62,651 nucleotides of DNA, from the IMG/VR virus record IMGVR_UViG_3300010396_000012, positions 1-62,651 of that record. The stretch is one strand, 5' to 3'. Positions 35,530 to 46,500 of this stretch are shown here, one piece after another. Numbering within the stretch: the first letter of the stretch is position 1; every line of letters starts with the position of its first letter. The notes under the pieces are model-generated. The model was not told the DNA's origin and made no database searches. It saw nothing but the letters and a program-made list of their open reading frames with translations. The position numbers and the translations under genes are program-made. This stretch comes from a virus. Taxonomy: Duplodnaviria; Caudoviricetes.

Positions 35530-35732
35530 CCGTAGCTAAAGACATACGTGTACCGAGCCTGATGTTTAGCCGGGTGGTATTCAAAGAGACGTTATCAGTA
35601 TTTGCCACGGATGTTCTTGAACTGGACTTCCAGCAACGCAAAGCACGCGTGACGAATCGCGCTGGTAAAGTCAAAGCCGTTACTTCCTTTGTGGCCGAAG
35701 CTGATGGGCAAAACACTACAACCGGGAGTTGA
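35526..35732 (+). CDS. Hypothetical protein
   Basis: 68 aa, ATGA coupling. Confidence 0.55.
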   Translation: MTVAKDIRVPSLMFSRVVFKETLSVFATDVLELDFQQRKARVTNRAGKVKAVTSFVAEADGQNTTTGS

Positions 35733-36153
35733 CAAGATTCCCGAGTCGTGGGTAAAGGATAAGGTTAAAGCCATCCTAGACCACTACGGCGACTTGCACT
35801 GGGATATGCCACCGGCCAGTGAGTTTGGTACAGCAGGACGCCATGACTTTACTATCTGCCAAAATGGCTTGTTCTGGACAATAGAAACAAAAGCCGGTAA
35901 GAACAAACCGACTGAGTTACAGATTAACTACGCTGTTGACATCGCCAAGGCAGGCGGCATAAGCTTGTTAATCAATGAGTTTAATTTGGATGAAGTCAAA
36001 AGAGTGAGTGCGTACATTAATTGTATGCGCCGGCTTCCTATCCACATGGGTCACGACTTCACAAGGTATCGAAGGGATGCTAGTAAGAAACGGCGCACTC
36101 GTCATGTCGGTGTCAAACCCGGCGTCGATCACAGTAGCGATACCGACCGCTAG
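35704..36153 (+). CDS. VRR-NUC nuclease / Holliday junction resolvase-like protein
   Basis: PE..VK, G..D, IETKAG..PT.LQ and AGG motifs; start uncertain. Confidence 0.8.
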   Translation: MGKTLQPGVDKIPESWVKDKVKAILDHYGDLHWDMPPASEFGTAGRHDFTICQNGLFWTIETKAGKNKPTELQINYAVDIAKAGGISLLINEFNLDEVKRVSAYINCMRRLPIHMGHDFTRYRRDASKKRRTRHVGVKPGVDHSSDTDR

Positions 36154-37621
36154 GGAGATTAACTATCGAGGCCACCGGATCGTGGCCGTCAAGCACACGC
36201 TGGACTCAACTCGCGTGCTGCGGAATCTTGGGCTAGATGCTCCCAGTCCGATTTTATACGACGGATTTATCTTCGGCGGTCGTTATAAGCCGATGGAACA
36301 CCAGACTAAGACGGCCGAGTTCCTTACACTCCATACGCGAGCCTTCTGCTTCAACACCATGGGTACCGGCAAAACTGCCGCCGCACTATGGACGATGGAT
36401 TATCTCAAGCAGCGAGGATTCATTAAGAAGATTCTGATTGTTTCCCCACTGTCTGTCATGGACGTATGGGCGAATGAAGCATTCAGTGTACTCCCACACT
36501 GGAACGTCGTGCAGTTAGTGGGTAAGCGTGAACGCCGTATTGATCTACTTAATTCCGGAGCCGATATTTGCGTCATTAATTTCGACGGCGTAGTGTCGAT
36601 CCAAGATGCCATCGCGAAGTGGCAGCCCGACCTAGTGATCGTTGACGAGGCAAGCGCTTACTGCAACCCACAGACCAAGCGATACAAGGCGCTGCAGGCC
36701 ACGCTCAAGGCCACCACGCGGCTTTGGTTGCTCACCGGCACGCCTGTCGCCAACGCACCGACCGATGCGTACGGCCTGATTAAGCTGGTGGCTCCGCGAG
36801 CGATCCCTGCCAGCTTCAAGCTGTTCCGCGAAACATTGATGTTCAAGAAAGGCCCGTACAAGTGGTTCCCGAAACCGGGTGCCGTGGAGCGTGTATTTGA
36901 ACTGATGCAACCGGCGATACGGTTCACAAAAAAGGACTGCATGGACTTGCCGCCCATCACGTTCAATATGCGTGCGGCACAAATGAGCGACGAACAACTT
37001 GCTGCATTCGACGCCATGAAGGCTACGATGCGCCACGAGGATCAAGAGTCTGGCGTTGAGATACGTGCGGCTAATGCAGCCGTTAAACTAATTAAGTTGC
37101 AGCAGATTCTATGCGGCGCGGTGAAGGACACGGACGGTAACCCCGTCTTCCTGAATCCGAAAGGACGACTTGAACTGGTGCACGATTTATGTGAACAGTC
37201 AGAAGGTAAAGTCATTATCTTTGTTCCATTCATCCATGCGATGCACATGGTTCAGAATCACATGGCGCAAACCTATGAGACGTTCTTAGTTAACGGCGAA
37301 GTTAGCAAGAACGCACGTACGGAAATCTTTGCTCGATTCCAACGAGACAGCGACAAACAAATACTGGTAGCCCACCCGAAGGTTGCCGCCCATGGTCTCA
37401 CACTCACTGCAGCTAACACCATCATTTGGTATGCGCCGATCTTTAGTATTGACCAATACTTGCAGGCAAATGCGCGTATTGACCGTACCGGCCAAACTCT
37501 ATCCATGAGTGTGTATAACCTCTACTCGCACCCGGTAGAAGCTGCTATCTACAGTGTGCTTCAAGCCCGTGAAAATATGCAGGCACGGGTGTTGGATTTG
37601 TATAACGCGGCGCTTGCATAA
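36077..37621 (+). CDS. SNF2-like SF2 helicase
   Basis: GTGKT, DEAS, LTGTP, HGLTLT and QANARIDR; start refined to MLVRNG. Confidence 0.92.
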   Translation: MLVRNGALVMSVSNPASITVAIPTAREINYRGHRIVAVKHTLDSTRVLRNLGLDAPSPILYDGFIFGGRYKPMEHQTKTAEFLTLHTRAFCFNTMGTGKTAAALWTMDYLKQRGFIKKILIVSPLSVMDVWANEAFSVLPHWNVVQLVGKRERRIDLLNSGADICVINFDGVVSIQDAIAKWQPDLVIVDEASAYCNPQTKRYKALQATLKATTRLWLLTGTPVANAPTDAYGLIKLVAPRAIPASFKLFRETLMFKKGPYKWFPKPGAVERVFELMQPAIRFTKKDCMDLPPITFNMRAAQMSDEQLAAFDAMKATMRHEDQESGVEIRAANAAVKLIKLQQILCGAVKDTDGNPVFLNPKGRLELVHDLCEQSEGKVIIFVPFIHAMHMVQNHMAQTYETFLVNGEVSKNARTEIFARFQRDSDKQILVAHPKVAAHGLTLTAANTIIWYAPIFSIDQYLQANARIDRTGQTLSMSVYNLYSHPVEAAIYSVLQARENMQARVLDLYNAALA

Positions 37622-37642
37622 CGCCCGAAGACCTAGTAGTAT
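37614..37642 (+). promoter_or_regulatory. sigma70-type promoter
   Basis: TTGCAT-17 nt-TAGTAT. Confidence 0.5.
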
Positions 37643-37687
37643 TTCCAACTCCCACCCGCGCCCTCACCCACCCACCGAGGACATCCC

Positions 37688-38077
37688 ATGACTCAGATTA
37701 ACGCGGATACTGTCACCGCTGCGTATATCAAGCTACGCGACCAACGCAGCGAGCTAAAGAAAGCCTACGATCAGGAAGACCAAGTTCTCAAGGACAAGAT
37801 GGATCGCCTTGAAACGTGGCTGATGGAAACCATGCAGGCCACGAACGCTACACAGCTTGGCACCGCGCACGGTACGGCATACATCCAGACCCAGTACAAG
37901 GCAAGTTGTTCGGATTGGCCCACGTTTTGGGGTTTCGTGGCCGACAATGGCCGGTTCGATATGCTCGAAAAGCGCGTGTCTTCCAAGACCGTGAACGAGT
38001 ACATCGAAGAAACCGGCGATGCGCCGCCCGGTGTCAACGTGGCCGCTGAACTCAAAGTCGTGGTGCGCCGCACATGA
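37688..38077 (+). CDS. Conserved replication-region protein (coiled coil, DW..F...PPG family)
   Basis: YIKLRD, GT.Y, DW..FW and PPGV motifs. Confidence 0.75.
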   Translation: MTQINADTVTAAYIKLRDQRSELKKAYDQEDQVLKDKMDRLETWLMETMQATNATQLGTAHGTAYIQTQYKASCSDWPTFWGFVADNGRFDMLEKRVSSKTVNEYIEETGDAPPGVNVAAELKVVVRRT

Positions 38078-38556
38078 CCACCTACGCCGGCACCGGCCAC
38101 AGGCCGGACAAGCTAGGCGGCTACACCAAGGAAGCGTTCGGTAGATTAGTGCTAGTAGCCGCTCACTGGATGAAGTCCCTTAATGATCCTGATTTGAAGA
38201 TTATCTCGGGGATGGCCTTAGGATGGGATCAAGCACTAGCCATGGCGGCTATCTACACCAACACGCCGTTCATAGCCGCAGTACCGTTTGAGGGTCAGTG
38301 CAGTGTATGGCCCAAAGAATCGAAGTTTAAGTACACTCGCATACTAGATCGTGCTGCCGAGATACACGTCGTAAGCGATGGAGGGTATTCTTCGCACAAG
38401 ATGCAGGTACGCAATGAGTGGATGGTAGACCACTCTGACGCAGTAGTAGCTATGTTCAATGGCACCGCTGGCGGAACCGCTAACTGCGTGGCATACGCGG
38501 AAGGTGTGCACAAGCCTATCATTAATTTATACCCTGAATGGTTAAAACAGGCATGA
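38074..38556 (+). CDS. SLOG-superfamily protein (YspA/DUF1273-like)
   Basis: TGHRP, SGMALGWD, RN.WMVD and GGTAN motifs. Confidence 0.85.
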   Translation: MTTYAGTGHRPDKLGGYTKEAFGRLVLVAAHWMKSLNDPDLKIISGMALGWDQALAMAAIYTNTPFIAAVPFEGQCSVWPKESKFKYTRILDRAAEIHVVSDGGYSSHKMQVRNEWMVDHSDAVVAMFNGTAGGTANCVAYAEGVHKPIINLYPEWLKQA

Positions 38557-38900
38557 AACCACTGCTTATCAAAGTCACGTTAGAGGAAATGACGGCGTTC
38601 CTCAATGACCCCGCAAGCCGCATTGTAGACAGTCGTATGTTGGAGACTGCCGACTTTAGCTACGCGTTTCAGATACTTCGACTCGACAACTCTATTTGGG
38701 AATTGGAAGTTCGAGCCAACTACCTCATGCATGAGGACGGTACATTCACGTACCTCAACAACTTCCACCTTGAAGCGCTTGATCTGTTCCGTCTGCAGTA
38801 CCGCAACTCCCCACGCATGAATCCCGCACTGTACGGCCTACTCGACGCGGCAGACGCCGAGAGCCGTGTGGAAAATACTCTGCCCATCCAATCTCGATAG
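38553..38900 (+). CDS. Hypothetical protein
   Basis: Start refined to MKPLLI (ATGA overlap). Confidence 0.65.
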   Translation: MKPLLIKVTLEEMTAFLNDPASRIVDSRMLETADFSYAFQILRLDNSIWELEVRANYLMHEDGTFTYLNNFHLEALDLFRLQYRNSPRMNPALYGLLDAADAESRVENTLPIQSR

Positions 38901-38909
38901 GAGACAGCC

Positions 38910-39158
38910 ATGTCACAAGCCATCAAAGGCTATCGTGATCTTAGCCAAGCGGAAATCGACGCTATCAACCGCGTCAAGACACTCGGCGATGATCTGAAAG
39001 CCGCGTGCAAGGAAGCGAGCGACCTTATTGAGGAAGCCAACCGTGTGCACGGTATTGGTGACTCCGAGGCGTATCGTTGGGTAGCCATTGCCCGCACGCA
39101 TTTCCAAGAGGGTATGATGGCGCTTGTGCGTTCCATCGCCCGTCCCGAACACTTCTAA
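38910..39158 (+). CDS. acb2: Acb2-like anti-CBASS cyclic-nucleotide sponge
   Basis: IKGYRDLSQ.EID..NRVK.LG and RW.AI..T..Q.GMMA.VR.IA.P..F match the Acb2 family pattern. Confidence 0.85.
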   Translation: MSQAIKGYRDLSQAEIDAINRVKTLGDDLKAACKEASDLIEEANRVHGIGDSEAYRWVAIARTHFQEGMMALVRSIARPEHF

Positions 39159-39170
39159 TCGGAGCCATCC

Positions 39171-40280
39171 ATGTCCAACGATATTCTTGTACCCGGCAAC
39201 AATGGTCAGCTTGCCATCCCTGACTACTTGCGTGGTGCCGACTTTGGTGTCACACAGAACTTGCTGGAAGGCATGTTCCAAGGTGGCAACCGTATCGGTC
39301 TACGCAACTCCCGCTTCCGACTGGTTGTTGGCGGCGTAGAGGAAGGCATCATCCAAGAGAACTACTTGGATACCATCATTCTCGGTGCAGCACCTGGTGT
39401 GAGCCGTGTGTTCTACAGCAGTAACTACGACCCCAACGAGAATCAGCCGCCTGCCTGTTACAGCGCCGATGGCATCGTGCCGGCCGAAGACGTGAAGACC
39501 AAGCAGGCCGACAAGTGCATGACCTGTCCGCAGAACGTCAAGGGCAGCAAGATCGCCGATGGCAAGCAGTACAAGGCGTGTAGCTACTTCCGTCGTGTCG
39601 TGGTGATGCTGGCTGGTGACACGCAGGATCGTCGCGTGTTCAAGCTCGACGTGAAATCGCAGGGTTTGTTTGGCGAGAATACCGCCAACGAGAAAAACCT
39701 GAACGACTACATCGAGATGGTGGCAACGCGTGGTGTGGACTTGGGTGCGGTAGTGACTCGGATCAGCTTCGACCTTGACGCAAGCGTACCCAAGCTGGTG
39801 TTCAAGGCGCATCGGTTTGTCGATCCCGAAGAAATGTACGCCGTGCAGGACTTGGTGCAGTCCGAGGAAGTCATCAACCTCAAGCATGTCAGCATGGCAA
39901 CGCTGGATATGTCTGCCGAGGAAACGGGTGCCGAAGCCGATCAGCATCCACAGGAAGCCGCACCGCAGACCCAGCAAGCCCCAGCCCAGCAGCGTCCCGC
40001 CCCACAGCAAGCACCACGGCAACAGGCCCAGCGCGCAGCAGCCCCCGCACCGGCTCCGGCTGCCCAGCGGCAGACCACCGTGCAGATCGACAAGGACGTG
40101 CCGCCGCCCAGCCGCCCAGCCCCGCAGCAAGCCCAGCGTGCGCCCCGGCAGGCTCCGCAGCAGGCAACCCAACGCCCCGCTGCAGCCCAGCAAGCCGCAC
40201 GTCCCGCCCCGGCTCCGGCCCCCGTGCAGGAAGCGATGACCGACGACGACCTTGGCGCGTTGCTCGACAGCTTGGAGTAA
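39171..40280 (+). CDS. Putative ssDNA-binding/recombination protein with a Q/A/P-rich disordered tail and acidic tip
   Basis: P.C.S.DG..P, C..CP.N..GS and KAC motifs; ends DDDLGALLDSLE. Confidence 0.6.
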   Translation: MSNDILVPGNNGQLAIPDYLRGADFGVTQNLLEGMFQGGNRIGLRNSRFRLVVGGVEEGIIQENYLDTIILGAAPGVSRVFYSSNYDPNENQPPACYSADGIVPAEDVKTKQADKCMTCPQNVKGSKIADGKQYKACSYFRRVVVMLAGDTQDRRVFKLDVKSQGLFGENTANEKNLNDYIEMVATRGVDLGAVVTRISFDLDASVPKLVFKAHRFVDPEEMYAVQDLVQSEEVINLKHVSMATLDMSAEETGAEADQHPQEAAPQTQQAPAQQRPAPQQAPRQQAQRAAAPAPAPAAQRQTTVQIDKDVPPPSRPAPQQAQRAPRQAPQQATQRPAAAQQAARPAPAPAPVQEAMTDDDLGALLDSLE

Positions 40281-40286
40281 GTAGGA

Positions 40287-40565
40287 ATGGATGGCGTAGC
40301 TACGAGGCTTAAACACGCAATGAAGGTTTCCGGGCTAAATGCCCGGAACCTCGCGGCTATGTCCCACGTCCATCACACGACGATATATTCTATACTTCGG
40401 AAAGGTGAAGCCGCCCGGCCACACGCTACAGTACAGGTATCTATCGACCGCACACTGGACGCCATCAATAAGTTGGTACTCGAAGGAAAGTTGCCGCTAT
40501 CTGCAAGCTTATCGCAAGAAGCGAAACAGAAGTTACTGGCGCAGCTTATCGAACAACAAGCATAA
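40287..40565 (+). CDS. HTH DNA-binding protein
   Basis: RL..AM..SGL...LA..S.V..TTIY pattern. Confidence 0.7.
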   Translation: MDGVATRLKHAMKVSGLNARNLAAMSHVHHTTIYSILRKGEAARPHATVQVSIDRTLDAINKLVLEGKLPLSASLSQEAKQKLLAQLIEQQA

Positions 40566-40582
40566 AACGAGTAGGGGCACCT

Positions 40583-43468
40583 GTGTCGGATCAAGAGCGG
40601 TTCTTCCGCTCCGTATTATCGGAGCAGGGGAAGCCATGTTTGGCATGGCTTGTCCAAGGTAATCCCAAACCATATTTCAAACACAAAGTCTTCGATACCA
40701 TCGAAGACTTGCTTGAGGCGCTTGGTCGGATTAATTTCACCACGTACAATTACTACTTCTGCGTGTCTACGCTTCGGGAGCGTTCCGTAACTGACGGCGA
40801 TAAGAACCGTGTGCGTACCCAAAAGAACACGGAATTGACGCGGTGCTTTGTACTGGACGTAGACATTCGGCCGGACGAGGAAGACCACTACCACACATTC
40901 GATGAAGCCTACGAAGGTGTCGAACAAGTACGTACTGCATTTAATCTTCCGCAACCCATCATCGTCAACAGTGGGTTTGGGTTGCATGTCTACTGGCCGA
41001 TGGCTGATGGCATCGAATCCAAGACGTGGGTTAAGTTTGGGCAGAAGTTCAAGCGGGCTATCCAGTTTGTGGCACCGAAAGTGGTTGCCGATGGTACCCG
41101 CGTCGCGGACAGTGCAGGCGTACTTCGCGTCCCACTATCGTTTAATCTCAAGTCGGAACCACCCACAGCCGTTGAAATTGTTCAGTGGCACGACGACTTC
41201 CTAGACTTCTCGACGTTCAGCGCCACGCTGAGTCGGCTGGTTAAGGACGAGAATGAAACCCGCACCGTAGACATCGGCACCACTGTCTACGAATCTGGCC
41301 CGGTCGAACTGTCGGCTGTCGCGAAAAAGTGTGCGTGGGTACGCGCCTATCTCAAGGATAAGGCCAGCGCCAGCGAGCCGGAATGGTATGCGGTACTCGG
41401 CCTTGCACCGTACATGGTGCACACGAAGCCGGACGGTACCCAGCTTGTCCGCGAGAAAGTCGCCCATGCGCTGTCCAACGGCCATCCCGGCTACGATCCC
41501 GAAGCGACCTATCTCAAGTATATCCAAGTCTCCACGGCGCAGACCGGGCCGACGACGTGTGCGCGCTTCGCGTCGATTAACCCCGCACGCTGCGAAGGCT
41601 GCCCGTTCCGAGGGTCGATCAAGACTCCCTTGCAAGTCGCTGCGCTGGACGTACCGGCCACCGCGCCGGTCGTGGTGGAAGCGGCTACGCAGGACGAGGA
41701 AGGCAATACTGCTGTAGAGGAAGTCACGATCCCACTGCCACCTGAGCCGTATTTCCGAGGGGAGAATGGCGGCGTGTTCGTGCGAACAAAGGTCAAGAAT
41801 GAGGAAGGCGGATGGGACTCCATCATTCAGCGTATCTACGACTACGACTTCTATCCCGTCAAGCGTCTACGCACCGAAGCTACTGAATCCGAAGCTACCG
41901 AATGCCATCTATGGCTTCCGCAAGATGGCCTGAAAAAGTTCCGACTTCCATCCGGCTTGTTGGCTGAGTCCAAGAAACTCAATACATTCCTGTCTGATAA
42001 AGGCGTGGTCGCTGAGTTCAATAAATCGGCCGGCGTCACGAAGTATCTGGTTGACTACATAAGGTTTCTACAAATGAATAATCGAGCAGACATCGAGTTC
42101 TCACGGTTTGGTTGGCGCGACGCATTGAGCGCTGATCCCAAGTTCGTCGTCAGCAATGGCTACTATGATCGAGCAGGTACGTTGGTTAAATCAGGCGTCG
42201 CAGCTAACCTCAAGGAAGCGGCGAAAGCTATCTCCGAACGCGGCTCCATATCCAAGTGGAAGGAGGGTTTCAATGTCTACAATCATGTACCTAACTCTGA
42301 TCCTTACATCCTTGCTAGCTTGTTGGGCTTCGCAGCACCACTTATGGCTCTCACTGAGTATTCTGGTGTGTTATATAACATTGTGGGGCATAGTGCTGCG
42401 GGCAAATCGACTGCTTTGAAGTTGATGACAAGCGTGTGGGGTGAACCGAATCCCGAACACATTTTGATTAATGACACTGACAATGCCATCTACAACTTCA
42501 TCGGCTACCTTAGCTCCATCCCGGTAGCGTTTGACGAAATCACCAACATGGAGCCGCAGCGGCTATCCAGTTTCCTGCTGAGCTTCACAGGCGGACGCGG
42601 CAAAATGCGCGCCACACGCGACGGCCAGAACCGTACCAATGAAGTCTTTTGGGACACCATCATTTGCTCCACCAGTAATTCATGGCTGTACACGAAGCTA
42701 ATGGAAGCACGGCAAGGCTACAACGCCGAACAGACCCGCGTGTTTGAACTCGAAGTCCAGCCATCGCAAGACGCCTACCGTGGCATCATCGACCGCTCCA
42801 TCCAACTGGTGAACGAGAACTACGGTATTGCCGGCCGTACTTTCTTGGAGTATATAATTCCCCGACTCACGAAGATTAAACCCATGCTCGACCAAGCCCA
42901 CGCCACCGTCATGAGCATGGGCCTGCGCAACCACGAACGGTTTTGGGGAGCCATGCTGTCCTGCGTGTTGGTCAGCGGCAAGATCGCCCGCGACAAGCTG
43001 CATCTGCACGATTACGACGTGGAAGGTCTCGTCCATCGCTTGGTGACCGGCGTCGAACGCGTACGCGCGAACATGGCGTCCAGTGCCAGCGAGCCGGTGT
43101 CCATCATCGCGGAGTTCTTGAACACGAATCTCGGCGCGACGCTACGCTTCAAGGATGGTCAGATTGACCTTGCTACGCTGAACAACAATTTGAACGCTGT
43201 CAAGATTCGTATGGAAGCCGAAGGCGGTATTGTCGTACGTGCCTTTATTTCAGCACAAGCGCTCAAAGAGTATTGCCAAATGCGGCGCATCGACTTTGGC
43301 TGGCTACGGCGTGAACTGTCCGATGCTGGCGTACTTACCAACATGAACCTGCAGAAGCGGCTCACAACAGGTAGTAACCTGCCGGCCGTCAACGCCAAGT
43401 GCTGGGAACTGAACATGACGCACACACGTATCATCGGTGTGCTTGACCAGATTGAAGCGACTGAATAG
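40583..43468 (+). CDS. Primase-helicase (AEP-like N-terminus plus DUF927/SF3-like ATPase)
   Basis: LDVD, SG.GLHVYW, C..CP, FGW, G.SAAGKST and FDE motifs. Confidence 0.88.
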   Translation: MSDQERFFRSVLSEQGKPCLAWLVQGNPKPYFKHKVFDTIEDLLEALGRINFTTYNYYFCVSTLRERSVTDGDKNRVRTQKNTELTRCFVLDVDIRPDEEDHYHTFDEAYEGVEQVRTAFNLPQPIIVNSGFGLHVYWPMADGIESKTWVKFGQKFKRAIQFVAPKVVADGTRVADSAGVLRVPLSFNLKSEPPTAVEIVQWHDDFLDFSTFSATLSRLVKDENETRTVDIGTTVYESGPVELSAVAKKCAWVRAYLKDKASASEPEWYAVLGLAPYMVHTKPDGTQLVREKVAHALSNGHPGYDPEATYLKYIQVSTAQTGPTTCARFASINPARCEGCPFRGSIKTPLQVAALDVPATAPVVVEAATQDEEGNTAVEEVTIPLPPEPYFRGENGGVFVRTKVKNEEGGWDSIIQRIYDYDFYPVKRLRTEATESEATECHLWLPQDGLKKFRLPSGLLAESKKLNTFLSDKGVVAEFNKSAGVTKYLVDYIRFLQMNNRADIEFSRFGWRDALSADPKFVVSNGYYDRAGTLVKSGVAANLKEAAKAISERGSISKWKEGFNVYNHVPNSDPYILASLLGFAAPLMALTEYSGVLYNIVGHSAAGKSTALKLMTSVWGEPNPEHILINDTDNAIYNFIGYLSSIPVAFDEITNMEPQRLSSFLLSFTGGRGKMRATRDGQNRTNEVFWDTIICSTSNSWLYTKLMEARQGYNAEQTRVFELEVQPSQDAYRGIIDRSIQLVNENYGIAGRTFLEYIIPRLTKIKPMLDQAHATVMSMGLRNHERFWGAMLSCVLVSGKIARDKLHLHDYDVEGLVHRLVTGVERVRANMASSASEPVSIIAEFLNTNLGATLRFKDGQIDLATLNNNLNAVKIRMEAEGGIVVRAFISAQALKEYCQMRRIDFGWLRRELSDAGVLTNMNLQKRLTTGSNLPAVNAKCWELNMTHTRIIGVLDQIEATE

Positions 43469-43495
43469 TTACTTGCGGCACGTCTACGTGCTTTT

Positions 43496-43522
43496 GGCCC
43501 ACTTTCGAGTGGGCCTCTTTTT
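43496..43522. terminator. Terminator between the two convergent genome arms
   Basis: GGCCCACT-TTCG-AGTGGGCC followed by a T-rich tail on the + strand. Confidence 0.8.
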
Positions 43523-46500
43523 ATGGCATCTTGTCGGTTACAGAGTCCAGTGTACGGCGCAGCTTCGAGTCGATCTGCTTCATCTGTAGCTCACGTCCTG
43601 TAGCACTAATGAACTTGTTGGCTTGCAGTGCTTTCATTTCCTGCGCACGCTGACCCGCTGCCGACTGCAGCACACTATAAAGCTGGCGCTGTTTCTGCAT
43701 ATCCGGATCACGCGCCACGATAAGGTCGGCCTGCTGCTTGGCCTGTTCAGGCGACATACCACTACTAACCGCATGGTCTACGATAGCGTTGTAGCGCTTG
43801 TTCGCGTTGTCCAACTGGCCCAAGGTATCGTAGAGTTGGCGCTGCTGATAGAAGTCCTGATCCTTAACCAGACCCGGAATAGGCAGCGCCGTCTTGGGAG
43901 TCATGCTCTGCGACTCAAGCTGCGAAATCAGCGTGCCAGCCCACTGACCACCGTAGTTGCGCACCATGTACTGGATGTCTTCTGGATAGAAGTCGATAGT
44001 ACCGTTGGTCAAACTATTCAACCACTGCGCCTGTTCCTTGAACACATCCGGCGTACTCTTACGTCCCGAGTCGGCCGCGAAGTGGCCTTTACGAGCATCA
44101 CCATGGATAGGTACGCCCCAGTGGTTGACGTTATTAGCGATGTCTTCTAGCGGCTGCACGACCGTTGGCGTGATAGCACCTTTCGCTAATGAGCCGAGAA
44201 AACCCAGTGGTGTATGATCGACTGAGCCACCTGTCTCGATAGCGGAGTTACGCGCTACGAGCTTTGCGTAGGTGTCGGCCGCATCTTCTGGACTGACATG
44301 GCCGGCAGCGACAGCGGCCATCAAGGCACCGGGAGCCATCATGATCTGCGGCAGACCAAGACCCATCTGCCATCCGGCCACCTGATCGCCTATCGGGAAC
44401 AGTACCCGCGTAGCAATCGTTTCGGGCAGCATCTTGGCGATGTTGTCTTTACCGTCCTCGTCCTGACCCAGCATCATGCTGGATGTCATGTACCCTGCCG
44501 CACCGAGCATGCTGTAGAAGCCCATCCACTTCGCCATCTTCGGGAAGTCGTAGCCGCCCGTAGGCTTCACGAACGAGCGACGCATGGCGTCTACGCCGGT
44601 CGCCGCGACGCGGAAGAACGCTTTATAGGCATTGATACGACGACCCTGTACACCGGATTCGCCGTAGTCAAGTACGCGTCGTGCTTCGGCCGCCGCATCG
44701 CGTTCGTCAATACCTTGCTCCACCAACGTACGGAAAGCAGCCACACGAGGAATCTGCGTTACGAAGTCTGCGTAACGATTCGTGTATTTAAGTACCGTGT
44801 TCCAACCTAGCTTGGTCGCATCCCACACACCATCGGCACTACGCGGGATATTGTTGAAACCACCTGTGCCGAGTCGATCCTGAATATCGTTGGTATTAAA
44901 TCCACCGACAAACTCATTGTTACCGCCGAGGCGCATATAGCGCAGCGTCCACGCGGCCCAGCTATTGGGGTCGGCCTTCGCCATCCGTTCCAGTGCCAAG
45001 TGATCGCTTTTCAGGGCCGGCGCAATCTGACGCAACGCGGCAACTGACTTGAGCGCATTCACGCCGTAGCGGGCAAAGAACGGCACCGCTTCCAGTGGAT
45101 TGTCGAAACGTGTGGTCGCCAAGACAGCAGGTACGTACGTCATGTCACGAGCATACGCCGTGAACGTCTGCCACACCGGAGACAATGTGGTCTGGATACG
45201 TGCAATGGCGTTGGTCACTTTACCGACTTGCCGCCCCAGCGGATCGGGTGCAGCGATGTTATTCATCTTCCACAAACCACGCGCCATCTGCGAGTCTTTC
45301 GGGAAGGTAATGACGTAATGCGTACGCCCATCGTGCACCAACACTTGGTTCGGTTCCATCTTCAAGCGTGCGGTGTATTCGCCTGTACTGGCGTTCTTGT
45401 ACCCATCGTGCGGCGTACCCTCCCACGTCTCGATGTCAGCCCCGAGTGCCTTGCGCGCTTTCTTATCGGACACGAGATTATAGAGTGCATCGCCGAGAGT
45501 AGCGTTGGCGTGAGCATTACCTGCCTGCGCCGTGTCAGCATACAGACGGAAGACTGGCGACTCCGAAAAGGTGCTACGTCCCTGCATTGCAGCCATGGTC
45601 GAATTAAGTTTCGCCAACGACAAGTTGCCGTTTTGTGCGATACCCCAAAACGGCGTGTCGGTTTTCTTGGCCGACTTGAGCGGCACGTACCACTTCCACC
45701 CGTAAAGCTTCACCCACGGATCGTCCTTCGACACGACACCGGCGTCCTGCAAACGCTGTGTCTGGCGCTGGCGTGCGCCTTCCATGACCTTATTCAACTC
45801 GGCCATAGAGTTCTGATCCATGCCGTGCTTGAGTTTCAGTTCGTTGAGTTTCTTGTTGATTACATCTATGGGAACATTGTGGTTACGGCCCCACTGCTCC
45901 CAGCCATACTTCATGTCCGACTTCATGGTTTCAAGTTGCTTAGCCGCTACGGCCGGATCGACTTTCAAGTTCTGCACATCATCCAGCAATTTAGCGCGCT
46001 GGATTTCCATGGCAGCCGACTTCATCGGAGCCTGCATCAGCCACGCAGTACGTACACGTTCCAGCCAGTGCGTGTTCTGGAAAAACATATTGATGTTACG
46101 CAGTGAATCATCCATCGTGTTGCCGAAGCGCTGGAAGTTTTTGTTCACCCAATCATGGAATGGCTTGAATACGTCGTAGCTATCCGTCATGTTGTATTCG
46201 GAACGCAGGCCACGCGTACGCGAGATAGCGTAGTCCACGTTGTTGTCGGCGGTAATCTTGACACCAAGACGGCGTAGCCCTTGGAGCGCCATTTCGACGC
46301 CCACATGGGCATTCATTCCTTGTTCGACAACGTGGTTGACGACGCCACTGAACCCACGGGTTTCGGCACTGTTATCGTGTACTGGTTGCGCTTGCGCTTC
46401 CTCGTTGTCATCGCCTTCATCGTCTTCATGAAGTGCGTCATGCAGTTCATCGTTGACTTCACCCTTCCCACGAGGCGATGAAAGCATGCGTTCATTGTAG

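Noticed and set aside
39950-40230. Nucleotide-level tandem repeat
   Set aside because: Reflects the low-complexity Q/A/P/R protein linker
40287-40565. Lysogeny repressor
   Set aside because: HTH gene lies co-directionally in the replication operon, with no divergent switch, peptidase domain or integrase
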